The notes under the pieces are model-generated. The model searched no databases and was not told the origin of the DNA. It saw nothing but the letters and a program-made list of their open reading frames with translations. The position numbers were made by a program, and so were the translations under genes. This document shows positions 10,114-19,687 of a DNA stretch of 64,000 nt, one piece after another (the first letter of the stretch is position 1; every line of letters starts with the position of its first letter). Source of the DNA: Polyangiaceae bacterium (GTDB taxonomy: Bacteria; Myxococcota_A; Polyangia; Polyangiales; Polyangiaceae); NCBI GenBank assembly GCA_044376115.1, contig JBILLK010000010.1:224001-288000 (forward strand), written 5' to 3'.

Positions 10114-11025
10114 TCAACTCAAACCCGGGAGCTTGAGTCGTGGCGGCGCAATCGCGACGCCGTCGGCCGTCCACTTATAGAAGCCTTCACCGGTCTTTTT
10201 GCCAAGCCGACCTGCCCGCACCATCTGGCGGAGGAGCGACGGCGGCCGAAACTGTTCGCCGAGCTCTCGATGGAGGTGCTCCAAGATCCCCAGCCGAACG
10301 TCCAGCCCGACCAGGTCCCCGAGCTTGAGCGGCCCCATCGGGTGGCGATAACCGAGTTCCATCGCCCGATCGATGTCTTCAACCGAAGCCACCCCCGACT
10401 CGAGCATTCGAATGGCTTCGCAACCGAGCGCGACACCGAGCCGGCTGGTTGCAAATCCGGGGCTGTCATTGACGACGATCGGCGTCTTCTTGAGCGCGCT
10501 CGCGAGCTCGAGAGCCCGCGTGAGCGTCGCTTCTTCGGTCCCTACGCCACGAACGATCTCGAGCAGCTCCATCACCGGTGGAGGATTGAAAAAGTGCAGA
10601 CCAACGGTGCGGCCCGGGATGCCTAGGCGTGTACCGATCTCGGTGATGGATAGGCTCGACGTATTCGACCCAACGATCACACTGGACGGCGACTTCGCGA
10701 GCACCTCGCTGAGCACCGAGATCTTGAGCTCCATACGCTCGGGGATCGCCTCGATGCAGAGGTCGATCCCGTCGCAGGCTTGCTCCAAGCTGCTCGTCTT
10801 CACCAAGTTCGAGAGCAGCGCCGAACGCGCCGCCTCGCTCAGCTTGCCCTTTTCGACGACACGCTGGGTCACCGACCCGATCGCTTTGATCGCCGACTCT
10901 ACCTTGGCGTTATCAACGTCAAAGAGCCGGGCTTCCATACCCGCGCCGGCCACCACCTGCGCGATGCCCTGCCCCATCGTCCCGGTGCCGAGCACCAACA
11001 CCTTCGAGAACGGTGACGCACTCAC
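10114..11025 (-). CDS. 3-hydroxyacyl-CoA (3-hydroxybutyryl-CoA) dehydrogenase
   Basis: GTGTMGQGIA Rossmann motif, EAIPE..LK, SNTSSL, GLHFFNP, PGF, PMGPL..D.VGLD, LGKKTGEGFY. Confidence 0.95.
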   Translation of the reverse strand: MSASPFSKVLVLGTGTMGQGIAQVVAGAGMEARLFDVDNAKVESAIKAIGSVTQRVVEKGKLSEAARSALLSNLVKTSSLEQACDGIDLCIEAIPERMELKISVLSEVLAKSPSSVIVGSNTSSLSITEIGTRLGIPGRTVGLHFFNPPPVMELLEIVRGVGTEEATLTRALELASALKKTPIVVNDSPGFATSRLGVALGCEAIRMLESGVASVEDIDRAMELGYRHPMGPLKLGDLVGLDVRLGILEHLHRELGEQFRPPSLLRQMVRAGRLGKKTGEGFYKWTADGVAIAPPRLKLPGLS

Positions 11026-11459
11026 GGCGGAACCATTCGGAAGGGAGCGGAGGGCGCCCCGGCCGGACGAGCAGAGCCCGGCGCTCGAGCCGAAGGAACC
11101 GCGCCAGCGCTGGGGGCGCCTGCGCGCGGCGGAAGCGCTGTCGGCCGAGGCCTGCGAGCCTTGTCGAGGTCCGCCGACGCAGCGGCGGGCGCCTTGGCCG
11201 CAGGGGCTGCAGCGGACGGCTTTGCAGAGGCCGACGTTGCGCCCGCTTTGGCGTCAGAGGTTTGCCCTACCAAGAAGTAGACGGCGAAGACCAGGAACAG
11301 ACAGCCTCCGACGATCGGCACCCACGAGGGTGTCATCGGCTCACCGGCTGCGAGTTCTTTCGCCGGCGAAGGATCGAAGTCGTCGTGATGAGCGTGGTCG
11401 TGGCCATCCGCCCCGTGGGCGTCGGCTTTGTGAGCATCGTGCGCGTGGTCGGCACTCAT
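11022..11459 (-). CDS. small membrane protein with His-rich N-terminus
   Basis: HAHDAH...HDHAHH, one TM helix (WVPIVGGCLFLVFAVYFLV), Ala/Pro tail; stop overlaps the GTG of the next gene (GTGA). Confidence 0.7.
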   Translation of the reverse strand: MSADHAHDAHKADAHGADGHDHAHHDDFDPSPAKELAAGEPMTPSWVPIVGGCLFLVFAVYFLVGQTSDAKAGATSASAKPSAAAPAAKAPAAASADLDKARRPRPTALPPRAGAPSAGAVPSARAPGSARPAGAPSAPFRMVPP

Positions 11460-11546
11460 AGGTGGGAGACGTTAAACCACGAACGCCCGCGGAAGGGAAC
11501 CAGCGCAACAAAGCTTGCCTGGAAGGAGCGAAGACGGCCGTTCGAA

Positions 11547-11581
11547 ATGGCAAAGGAGCGGAACAACCGCTCCTTTGCCAT
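11547..11581 (-). terminator. intrinsic terminator-like hairpin downstream of the VIT/vWA gene
   Basis: Perfect 15-bp inverted repeat ATGGCAAAGGAGCGG-aacaa-CCGCTCCTTTGCCAT; only a weak U-tract. Confidence 0.65.
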
Positions 11582-11603
11582 ACCGTGGCAGGTTCAGCTC
11601 AGC

Positions 11604-14600
11604 TTAGAACCCACCCCAGCCGCCGCCGTTGACCGGCACGAGTCGGGAAGTGAAGAAGACCCGCACCGTACCTACCTGACCGCGTGCCGCGTTCAGCGTG
11701 AACGGGATCTTTCGAGGTTCCCCGCCGGGCAAGGTCAGGGTGATCTCCCCGCTGACGGGCGGCAGCGTCCCTGAGCTGCTCTTCGCGCGGACCACCTCGA
11801 GCGTGTAGTTGCCCGAAGAGAGGTTGGTGAATCCTAGCGACTCACCCGAGAAGCTCGAGGCGTCCTTGGAGCTGACCGAGACGTTCTGAACCGTCGACCC
11901 GAGCCACGAAAGACGCTTACCGTTCTTGTCGATCAAGGCGAAGTCCAGATCCGTGCCCTGATTCCAGGTCGCGGAGATGCGCAGGTCGCCCGCGACCGTG
12001 GGCACGGTGTTGAGCTTCGCGCTGCGGGCCGCGATATCGATCTTGTCGCGCAGGGTCGAAGGGGCGTTGTCACGGAAGGCCGATGAGAGGTTCGACAGGC
12101 CCTGGTCCTGCGAGCAACGAACGGCCTCGGCCACGCTGTTGACGTTCTCCGAGTCGATGTCGGCCAGCGCCATACGGTGCTGACAGGCGAGATCGCTCGC
12201 GCCCATCTGGCTGAAGGCGCCGATCAACCGCTTCTGGATACCCTTGTCGGAAGGCCGCACATCAGCGAGACCGGAAAGGATGCGGATGGCTCGTTCGCGA
12301 TCTCCGTTCATCGCCGCGAGGTCGGAGCGAGCAATCACGGCGTCGGCGTCGAGCGCGTCTCGCTGACTCCACTTTGCAACCACCTCGAGTGCCTCACCGA
12401 CTCGCCCGGAAGCGATCAGCGAGCGGTAAAGAGCGATGGTTCGGTCGCGACTATCAGGTTGCGACTTGGACGCATCTTCGGCTGTGCGTAGGGAGGCAGC
12501 CACCTCGTTGGCGAGCGCGTTGTCCGTTGAGAAGGACGCCTTGCGATCGAACACCTTCCGCATCGGAATCGAGTTGGGACGACGAGGTTGCCGGTTCCAG
12601 GATTGGTCGAACGGATCTCCCTGCGCGATCTCGAGCTGGGCCTTCTTCGACGTCGGCTTCGCGCGCGGCGGGGGACCGAAGGCGGGAGCTGCGGTAGGAG
12701 CGGGAGCAGGAGCCGAAGCATTACCTGAACCACCCATCCCACGACCTACACCAAACCCAGGGCTGGGCTCGGCGGCCGGCGCATCGCCGAATTCCATCGA
12801 CTTGGAGCCTTTCGACTCGCGGTCGCGATCGAGGAGCCCTGCGGCCACCTCATCCTTCGCTTCTTCGGCTTCGCCCTCGGCGTTCGCGCTCTCGCTCGAA
12901 GCCTGTTGCTCGCCGGTGAACACCTCATCGATGCCGTTGCGCTCCAGACCGAAGGCTTTGAACATCGCCGCGCTCTCGAGCACGATCATCGAGGTGTGCT
13001 TGCTCGCGACGTTGAACTGCTTGGACAACGCCACGATGCGCGTCTTGTCGTCAGCCCGTCCGACCGCTTCGAGGTCGGCGATCTTCGCGGCGGCGAACAT
13101 ACGCGGTACGAAGGCATTTCCAGCACTGGAGGAGGCCAGCACCTTCGCGGGGAACGTCTGCTCGAACTTCTCCGTGCCGATGCGACCGCGCACCACCACG
13201 TTGCCCTCGACCTGCTTGCCGCCGTGCATGCGGGCAAACACGAAGGCCTCACCGCCCGCGGGGATCGGGTCGAGTCGTTGCGGGGTGACCTCGGAGAGGC
13301 CGGGCGGGAGCTCGACCTCCACGTCGCTCAGCACCGAGCCGTAGGCAGCGGCCAAAACATCGACCGCCGCCGCATTGACACGCTGGCCGGGGACGTAGGG
13401 CACCATCACGCCGTTACCGCCGCGAGCCATCGCAGCGAGCGAGGTTGCGTCCGCATCGGAACCGAGCGCGACCGCGACCACCGAGCCGTCGCCCGAAGGC
13501 AGCGCATGGCGTACCGCGCTCTCGATCGTCGCAGCTTTGCCCGGGCCCACGGTAGGCGTGCCGTCGCCCAGGTAGATGATGCGCAGCTCTCGACCGCTCT
13601 TCGCGCCGGCGGCCGTGCGTGCAGCTTGAACAGCTGCCAAGAGGTTTGAACCGCCGTCGGGCTCGATCGTCCCGAGGAAGCTTTCGACCTGTTGTGCGGC
13701 TTCAGCGCTGGGCTCGCTCGGCAGAGGAAGCGTGCGCGATTGCGTCGCTCCCATCGGCTGGCAGGTCGTATCGCAGGCGAGCACCAGGAACTGATCCCGT
13801 CGGTCCATCTCGCGGACCATCGAGGCCGCCAAGCGAGTCGCCCGCGCAAACCGCTCACCAACCATCGAACGGCTCGAGTCGACCACGATCACGTGCAGCC
13901 GGTCTTTGCCCTCGGCGAAGCGCGGGAGCTTCGGTCGCAACGCCATCGCGACGTAAGGCGAGGCGTCATCGACGATGGACTTCGCTTCGATAGCGGCGTC
14001 CTTCGCGTTGACACCACCGACGGAAGGCGTCGTAGGAGCCTGCAACGCGAGCTTCTCCTTGGGCTGGGCGCTGACCCGTGAGGCCGGCATGTCGTAGGCC
14101 CAGCTGGTGAGCTCGGTGTCGCGGTTGGGGAGCGCGTACTCGACCGTGAGGTCACCTGCAGGGACGAAGTTCTTCTCCGCCAGCGTCAGCTTGTCTGCTC
14201 CCCCGCTCACGTCGCCTTTCGCGAGCTGATAGCCGCGCGTCTCGACACCGTAGGTTTTGTCGTGGCCGAGCAGCTGAACGTCTACGTTGAACTCGTCCAC
14301 CTTGATGTTACCCGTGCCATCGTGGGCGAGCGGGTACGTGAAGCGCCGCACGCCGTTCGATTGCGGCACCGTCTGCGTGTACGTGAGCACCACGCGCCGT
14401 GAGCCTTTCTTCGGAATGGGGAAGATGCGCAGCTCGAAGCGACCACCACGCTGCCACTCGAGCAGCGCAGGATCTCGCCACGGGCCAGGCACCCAGACGA
14501 TCTCTTCACGCGGCTTCGGTGCCTTCGGGGCAGCATTCTGAATAACACCGCGCCAGATGGCTGCACCGCGATCGCGATCGACGAAGGCGCCCTCCATCAA

Positions 14601-16280
14601 CTGGCCGTCCACTTCGAGCGCTAGCTTTTCAATCTGCGCACCGGGCGGCAACGGGAAGCGAAAGATGCCCTCGAGCTCCTCGTCGGTCTGGTTGGTGAAG
14701 ACCTCTTCCACCTCGGTACGGGCGACGAGATCGACCACGCGCACCTTCACGTTGTGCTTCGTCAACTTGACTGCACCGGCGCGCTCTTCCTGCGTGCCCG
14801 GCTTCTTCGCTCGGAGCTCGCCAAGCCCTTTGAGGGCCGGCGCATCGACGTCATCCGCACTCTCCGAGCTCCACTCGAGTACGTCGCTCAAGGTCGACTT
14901 GGAGGCAACCACCGGCTCACCGCGGTCGGCGATGGTGGCCTCTTCACCGGCGCGCACCTTGGCGGTGACACCGGAGTTGCTGGTCACCTCGACCTTGCCG
15001 CGCACCACTTCAACCGACGACCGTCGTTCGGTCACGGTGGCTGCCACCTTGGTGCCAACGAGCTTCACTTCACCCTGCGGTAGCTTGATCACCGCCGGCT
15101 CTTGCTCGGACTTCTCCTTCACCTCCGCGACCACCATGCCACGAGCGACCTCGAGCCGGCGCGACGCGCCGCCGGGCAACGTCACCTCCGAGTCGCGATC
15201 GATCGCCACCCACTCGCCGTCCGCGAGCTTCACACGAGCGCGCGTCTTGGAGTCGGTCTTGAGCGTGGAGCCCGCAGGGATCTCGCTACCTTGGGCCAAC
15301 TCAGTGCACTTGCTCCCTTGGCAAACCTCGAGCCCTCCGCTCTTGTCCGAGGAGGCGCGCGTAACGCTTGCGAGCGTGCCCTTCCAACCGCCGTCCTCGG
15401 TCGCGACCGAGTTGCGGTTCTCTTCCTGCTTGTTCACCAAGAACGCGCCAACCGCTGCGGCGGCCGCCATACCCCCCACCAGCGCGAAGGCGAAGCCCCG
15501 ACGACGGAACGGTGAAACCGTGGCGACCTGTCGCTGCGTCTTGGGTGCGGGTGAAGCGGGTTCGGCGGCGGCGCTGGGGCCTTCTGCCGAACTCGCCAAG
15601 GTGCGCGAAGACGGCCCGGAGTTGGTCACGAGCCCAGCCTGTTGCGGTCCGGTGTTGTTGCGACCAGTGGTCGCTTCCACGATCACTCCCGAGGCCGACG
15701 AATCGAGCGTTGGCCCAACCGGACTCGGGGCCGAATCTCCAGCTCGCAGCACGGCCGAAAGCGGAATCGTCTTGTTGGTGGGAACATACGGGTCGGCGAT
15801 CTCAGCGCCCGGCGCAGGCTCCCCAAAGAAGGTGGGAGCCTTCAGGATCGTTGCGTTCGTGTCCGCGGCGCTAGCCGTGGGCTCGGGGTTGACGACGCTG
15901 GCGGCTCGCGTCTCCGCGAGCGGCGCGAACTCAGTCGGCGCTGATGCAGAAACTTGGCGCGGGTCCTCAGCAACAGCACTTGGAGCCGGCACCACACCCG
16001 AGTTACGCGCGACGGAGCTAAGCGCTTGCGACGAAGCAGGACCATCAGGCCTCGCCTCGAGCACCAAACTCAACATGCGCTCGGCAAAGCCCGCGGACGG
16101 CTGAAAGTCCGCGCCGGCGTGCTGAATCGCGTCGATCACGCGCTCCGCTTCATACTTTACGTCTCGGCAGTGATCGCAGTCTGCGATGTGATCGGTGAGA
16201 CGAGAGGGCGCGAGACCGTCGAGGACACCCGCGACGGCGTCTTCGACCTCCAGACATTGTTCACTTTTGATCGTGCTCAT
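11604..16280 (-). CDS. putative anti-sigma factor: zinc-anti-sigma motif + TM + FecR + VIT + vWA + TPR + DUF2135-like C-terminus (1558 aa)
   Basis: HIADCDHC (HxxxCxxC); RRR followed by TM; FecR-like KTDSKTRARVKLADG...VGTK...VVRGKVEV; VIT ARTEVEEVFTN...EGIFRFPLP; vWA MIDAS VVDSSRSM and YLGDG; WNQGTDLD; lies directly after an ECF sigma gene. Confidence 0.85.
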   Translation of the reverse strand: MSTIKSEQCLEVEDAVAGVLDGLAPSRLTDHIADCDHCRDVKYEAERVIDAIQHAGADFQPSAGFAERMLSLVLEARPDGPASSQALSSVARNSGVVPAPSAVAEDPRQVSASAPTEFAPLAETRAASVVNPEPTASAADTNATILKAPTFFGEPAPGAEIADPYVPTNKTIPLSAVLRAGDSAPSPVGPTLDSSASGVIVEATTGRNNTGPQQAGLVTNSGPSSRTLASSAEGPSAAAEPASPAPKTQRQVATVSPFRRRGFAFALVGGMAAAAAVGAFLVNKQEENRNSVATEDGGWKGTLASVTRASSDKSGGLEVCQGSKCTELAQGSEIPAGSTLKTDSKTRARVKLADGEWVAIDRDSEVTLPGGASRRLEVARGMVVAEVKEKSEQEPAVIKLPQGEVKLVGTKVAATVTERRSSVEVVRGKVEVTSNSGVTAKVRAGEEATIADRGEPVVASKSTLSDVLEWSSESADDVDAPALKGLGELRAKKPGTQEERAGAVKLTKHNVKVRVVDLVARTEVEEVFTNQTDEELEGIFRFPLPPGAQIEKLALEVDGQLMEGAFVDRDRGAAIWRGVIQNAAPKAPKPREEIVWVPGPWRDPALLEWQRGGRFELRIFPIPKKGSRRVVLTYTQTVPQSNGVRRFTYPLAHDGTGNIKVDEFNVDVQLLGHDKTYGVETRGYQLAKGDVSGGADKLTLAEKNFVPAGDLTVEYALPNRDTELTSWAYDMPASRVSAQPKEKLALQAPTTPSVGGVNAKDAAIEAKSIVDDASPYVAMALRPKLPRFAEGKDRLHVIVVDSSRSMVGERFARATRLAASMVREMDRRDQFLVLACDTTCQPMGATQSRTLPLPSEPSAEAAQQVESFLGTIEPDGGSNLLAAVQAARTAAGAKSGRELRIIYLGDGTPTVGPGKAATIESAVRHALPSGDGSVVAVALGSDADATSLAAMARGGNGVMVPYVPGQRVNAAAVDVLAAAYGSVLSDVEVELPPGLSEVTPQRLDPIPAGGEAFVFARMHGGKQVEGNVVVRGRIGTEKFEQTFPAKVLASSSAGNAFVPRMFAAAKIADLEAVGRADDKTRIVALSKQFNVASKHTSMIVLESAAMFKAFGLERNGIDEVFTGEQQASSESANAEGEAEEAKDEVAAGLLDRDRESKGSKSMEFGDAPAAEPSPGFGVGRGMGGSGNASAPAPAPTAAPAFGPPPRAKPTSKKAQLEIAQGDPFDQSWNRQPRRPNSIPMRKVFDRKASFSTDNALANEVAASLRTAEDASKSQPDSRDRTIALYRSLIASGRVGEALEVVAKWSQRDALDADAVIARSDLAAMNGDRERAIRILSGLADVRPSDKGIQKRLIGAFSQMGASDLACQHRMALADIDSENVNSVAEAVRCSQDQGLSNLSSAFRDNAPSTLRDKIDIAARSAKLNTVPTVAGDLRISATWNQGTDLDFALIDKNGKRLSWLGSTVQNVSVSSKDASSFSGESLGFTNLSSGNYTLEVVRAKSSSGTLPPVSGEITLTLPGGEPRKIPFTLNAARGQVGTVRVFFTSRLVPVNGGGWGGF

Positions 16281-16301
16281 GACTTCGCTCCTTCAACTCC
16301 C

Positions 16302-16889
16302 TTAAACATCCGCCAAAGATTCTCGAAGCCGCACCAAGGCTCTGCTCACGCGCTTGCGCGCAGCGGCCTCATCGACCCCACAGGCCTCCGCGACTTCACG
16401 GAAGCTCAAGCCAGCGTCGTACCGAAGCACGACCGCCTCACGTTCACTGGGCTTCAACGCCGAGAGCGCCGACCTCGCGCGCACCGCTCGCTCGCGCTCG
16501 ATCGCTAGCTCGGTGGTGTCCAACCCTTTGCCGGTGTCATGCACCAACCGAAGCTTGGCTGCGCGTCGATGCTTCATCTCGTTGTGGCGCCCGCAGATCC
16601 TGCGCGCGATGCCGTAGAGCCACGAGCGCACAGTGCCCTCGAAGCGGAACGACGGAAACGCGTCATAGGCCGCGATCAGCGTCTCTTGCACCAACTCTTC
16701 CGCTTCGGCTTGCGAGCCGGTGAGCGCCATGCACAGCCGTCCGAGAGGGGCTGAATACGAGCGCGCACATTTCGCTAGTGCCGCCTTGTAGTCGCCCTGG
16801 GAGATCAGTTGCCCGATGACCTCTCCCTCGTCCGCTTTCGTTTCGGAGCGCGCTAGCGCTTTGACCATCTTAACCTCTCGATCGTGCAT
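16302..16889 (-). CDS. ECF-family RNA polymerase sigma-70 factor
   Basis: Region 2 AEELVQETLI..Y...FR....RSWLYGIAR; region 4 LSALKPSEREAVVLRYDAGLSFREVAE...ARKRVSRA; start uncertain (16889 or 16868). Confidence 0.93.
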   Translation of the reverse strand: MHDREVKMVKALARSETKADEGEVIGQLISQGDYKAALAKCARSYSAPLGRLCMALTGSQAEAEELVQETLIAAYDAFPSFRFEGTVRSWLYGIARRICGRHNEMKHRRAAKLRLVHDTGKGLDTTELAIERERAVRARSALSALKPSEREAVVLRYDAGLSFREVAEACGVDEAAARKRVSRALVRLRESLADV

Positions 16890-17040
16890 GTGACCTCGTG
16901 GTGGTCTTTCGTGACCGAATGCGCGCACGCCGCGTTCACCGGCAAAGACAGGTAAAGGAAACGGACAAAGAGCGGCCCGCCCCTTGCAAAGAGGGAGGTT
17001 AGCGGACAATCTCTATGCTGGTCCGTCCCAGGAGCTTCCA

Positions 17041-18516
17041 ATGCCGATCACCTCGCAGCACCCCACGATTCAGCCGGAAAGCCACATGACAGCCCGTCCC
17101 GAAGGCGCAGCTCGCAAGCTCGTGAGCAGCCCGGGTGTGAACCAGCGGCAACAGCTCGCGTCGCCAACCATTCACAGTCGCCGCTGGCTGAACGGATGTC
17201 TGTTGGCCCTTGGGGCTTTGTTTACCAGCAGCGTGGCCGTCGCCGAGCCCGTGGCCCAGGCGAAAGCCACCGCGCGTGAAGCCCAGAAGCTCGCGGAAGA
17301 GCTCGTTCCGGTAGCCGAAGAGTCACCCGAGGTGAAAGCAGCGCGAGGGATCGTGGTCATCCAGCGGGCCGGCCAACCCATTGGGCTCGGGACGGTGCTC
17401 GCCAAAGACGGCCGCATTCTGACGGCGCTTTCCAACCTTGGCGCTGGCAACGACCTTGAAGCCAAGTTTGCCGACGATAGCGTCAAGAAACTGAAGGTCG
17501 GTCACAGCGATCGCGTTTGGGATCTCGCGTTGCTCGTACCCCAGAGCGGCAAGTGGGGAGAAGGCTTGGTCGCGTCGAGCCTCGACCCGCTCCGTGATGA
17601 CGCCGAGATTCACGCTTTCAGCGGCGCAAAGGGCAAACCCGCCGCAGTGCCGATCGAGCTGCGAACCCGCCGCTCGCTGATCGGAGGGGATGATCGGCTG
17701 CTCGAGCAGGCGTTGGAGCTGGGCTCACGCGTGAACGGGAAAGACGTCGGCGCTCCGTTGATCGACGAGAAAGGTCGCGTCGTCGGCGTGCTAGGAAGAG
17801 CGTGCCTTCCGATTGAAGGGAAGCCTTGCGCGCCAGTTGCTTACGGTGTGCCGGTTTCAGCGATCAAATCCTTCCTCAAGTCGGTGCCTGAGGATGCAGT
17901 TCCTCCTGCTGCGTGGCTCGGCATCCAAGGCGCATCTGAATCAACGTCGGTAGTGAAGGGCGTGCGCGTGCTCTCCGTCGCCAAGGGCAGCCCGGCTTCG
18001 GAGGCCAAGCTAAAGTCGGGCGAGAAGGGCGAAGGAGACCTGATCGTCGGTGTGAATGGGAAGCCGGTTACCACGCCGGAAGAATTGGCTGAGGCCGTCC
18101 GCGCCCACGCAGTAGGCGAGAAGATCCCCCTCACTCTGTTGAGCAAAGGGAAGTACCGAACGGTTGATGTACTGCTCAAGGCACCGCCGGAGATGGCGAA
18201 GGCAGTGACCAGCAAGGTCACGGCGAAGCCCAAAGCACGACTCGCGGAGGCTGAACCTGAAGCACCCGCCGCGGAAGAAGACGATAACTCGCAGCTAACC
18301 CCACGCGATGCGCTCGGCCTGGCCAAGAAGGGGCTGTCCGGCAAGAAGACCATCACCATCAGCACCCACCCCAAGAAGTCGAGCAAGTCCGCTGCGGCGG
18401 AAAAGCCGGCCAAACCGGAGAAGCCGGCCAAAGCAGCCAAACCCGCCAAGCCGAAGAACGCTGCACCTCCAGCAAAGCCCGAGGGCAGCGAAGATCAGTT
18501 CGACGATCCGGAATGA
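17041..18516 (+). CDS. HtrA/DegS-like trypsin-fold + PDZ protein lacking catalytic His and Ser
   Basis: GLGTVLAKDGRILTALSNL, DLALL, VNGKDVGAPLIDEKGRVVGV, PDZ WLGI...GSPASEAKL; N-terminal hydrophobic segment; start uncertain. Confidence 0.82.
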   Translation: MPITSQHPTIQPESHMTARPEGAARKLVSSPGVNQRQQLASPTIHSRRWLNGCLLALGALFTSSVAVAEPVAQAKATAREAQKLAEELVPVAEESPEVKAARGIVVIQRAGQPIGLGTVLAKDGRILTALSNLGAGNDLEAKFADDSVKKLKVGHSDRVWDLALLVPQSGKWGEGLVASSLDPLRDDAEIHAFSGAKGKPAAVPIELRTRRSLIGGDDRLLEQALELGSRVNGKDVGAPLIDEKGRVVGVLGRACLPIEGKPCAPVAYGVPVSAIKSFLKSVPEDAVPPAAWLGIQGASESTSVVKGVRVLSVAKGSPASEAKLKSGEKGEGDLIVGVNGKPVTTPEELAEAVRAHAVGEKIPLTLLSKGKYRTVDVLLKAPPEMAKAVTSKVTAKPKARLAEAEPEAPAAEEDDNSQLTPRDALGLAKKGLSGKKTITISTHPKKSSKSAAAEKPAKPEKPAKAAKPAKPKNAAPPAKPEGSEDQFDDPE

Positions 18517-18539
18517 GGCCCAACGGCCTTCCAAGCAAC

Positions 18540-18573
18540 ACGAAGCCCTCCAAGCTCAGCTGGAGGGCTTCGT
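18540..18573. terminator. hairpin between convergent genes (probable bidirectional terminator)
   Basis: ACGAAGCCCTCCA-agctcagc-TGGAGGGCTTCGT 13-bp inverted repeat. Confidence 0.65.
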
Positions 18574-18577
18574 CGTA

Positions 18578-19510
18578 TCAGCTGAGGTCGAGCATGCGTT
18601 CCATCGGAATCCGGGCCTGGGTGCGCAACGTCTCGTCCATCTCGATGCGCGGCGTTAGGTCGCGCAATGCCACGTACAGCTTCTCGAGCGTGTTCAGGCG
18701 CATGAACGGGCATTCGTTGCAGGCGCAGTTCGCCTGAGGTGGCCCCGAGATAAACTCTTTGCTCGGGTTGGCCTTCTTCATTTGATGAAGAATGCCGTCC
18801 TCGGTCATAACGATGTAGCGCTGGCTGCTGTCGCTGATGGTGTACTTGAGCAGCGCGGTGGTTGAGCCAACGTAGTCGGCTAGCTTCAACACAGGCTCCT
18901 CGCACTCGGGGTGGGCGATGATCTTGGCGTCGGGGTAACGCTCGCGCAGCTGCGTGAGTTTGCGTTCGCTGAAGGTCTCATGGACCACGCAGCTGCCTTG
19001 CCAAAGGCGCATCTTTCGCCCTGTGCGCTCGCTTAGCCAGCGGCCAAGGTTCTTGTCCGGAGCAAACAGAATTTCCTTATCCTCAGGGATCGCGCGAACG
19101 ATCTTCTCCGCGTTCGAGGACGTGCAGATGTAGTCGCTGGCCGCCTTCACCTCGGCGGAGCAGTTGATGTACGAGATCGAGACCGCGTCGGGGTACTTTG
19201 CTCGCCACGCTCGAAAGCGATCGCCGGGGCAGCCGTCGGCGAGCGAGCAGCCGGCCGCCATGTCCGGGACCACGACGATCTTCTCCGGATTCAGGATCTT
19301 CGCGGTCTCGGCCATGAAGTGAACACCGGCGAAGACGATGATGTCGGCGTTCGTCTTCTTGGCGGCCTGAGCCAACTGCAACGAGTCACCGAGAAAATCC
19401 GCCAGATCCTGGATCTCCCCGGCTTGGTAGTAGTGCGCGAGGAGGATGGCGTTTTTCTCCCGTTTGAGGTCGGTGATCGCTTGTTCGAGGTCTTCAGGCA
19501 ACCCGTTCAT
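18578..19510 (-). CDS. nadA: quinolinate synthase
   Basis: [55 protein letters not shown]. Confidence 0.97.
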   Translation of the reverse strand: MNGLPEDLEQAITDLKREKNAILLAHYYQAGEIQDLADFLGDSLQLAQAAKKTNADIIVFAGVHFMAETAKILNPEKIVVVPDMAAGCSLADGCPGDRFRAWRAKYPDAVSISYINCSAEVKAASDYICTSSNAEKIVRAIPEDKEILFAPDKNLGRWLSERTGRKMRLWQGSCVVHETFSERKLTQLRERYPDAKIIAHPECEEPVLKLADYVGSTTALLKYTISDSSQRYIVMTEDGILHQMKKANPSKEFISGPPQANCACNECPFMRLNTLEKLYVALRDLTPRIEMDETLRTQARIPMERMLDLS

Positions 19511-19687
19511 GGCGAAAACGTAGGGTGAATACGCTTTCTTGACCAGCCGGAGCAGGTCCCCTACACGCGCCGGGTCGAGAACGGCTGCGAATCCGAGTCA
19601 GATCCCGCGATTCACGCGCTCGATGCGGTGTCGAAAGGGTCCAAATCCGAGACGACCATCGAGCAAGGTCTTTGGTAGAGTGCAGCC

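Noticed and set aside
14557..16104. 515-aa plus-strand ORF and many similar long antisense ORFs (e.g. 42534-43739, 10373-11461)
   Set aside because: Stop-poor shadows of real genes in high-GC DNA, with no motifs
19511..19687. Possible NAD riboswitch upstream of nadA
   Set aside because: No motif I can recognise; the region is adequately explained as a divergent promoter
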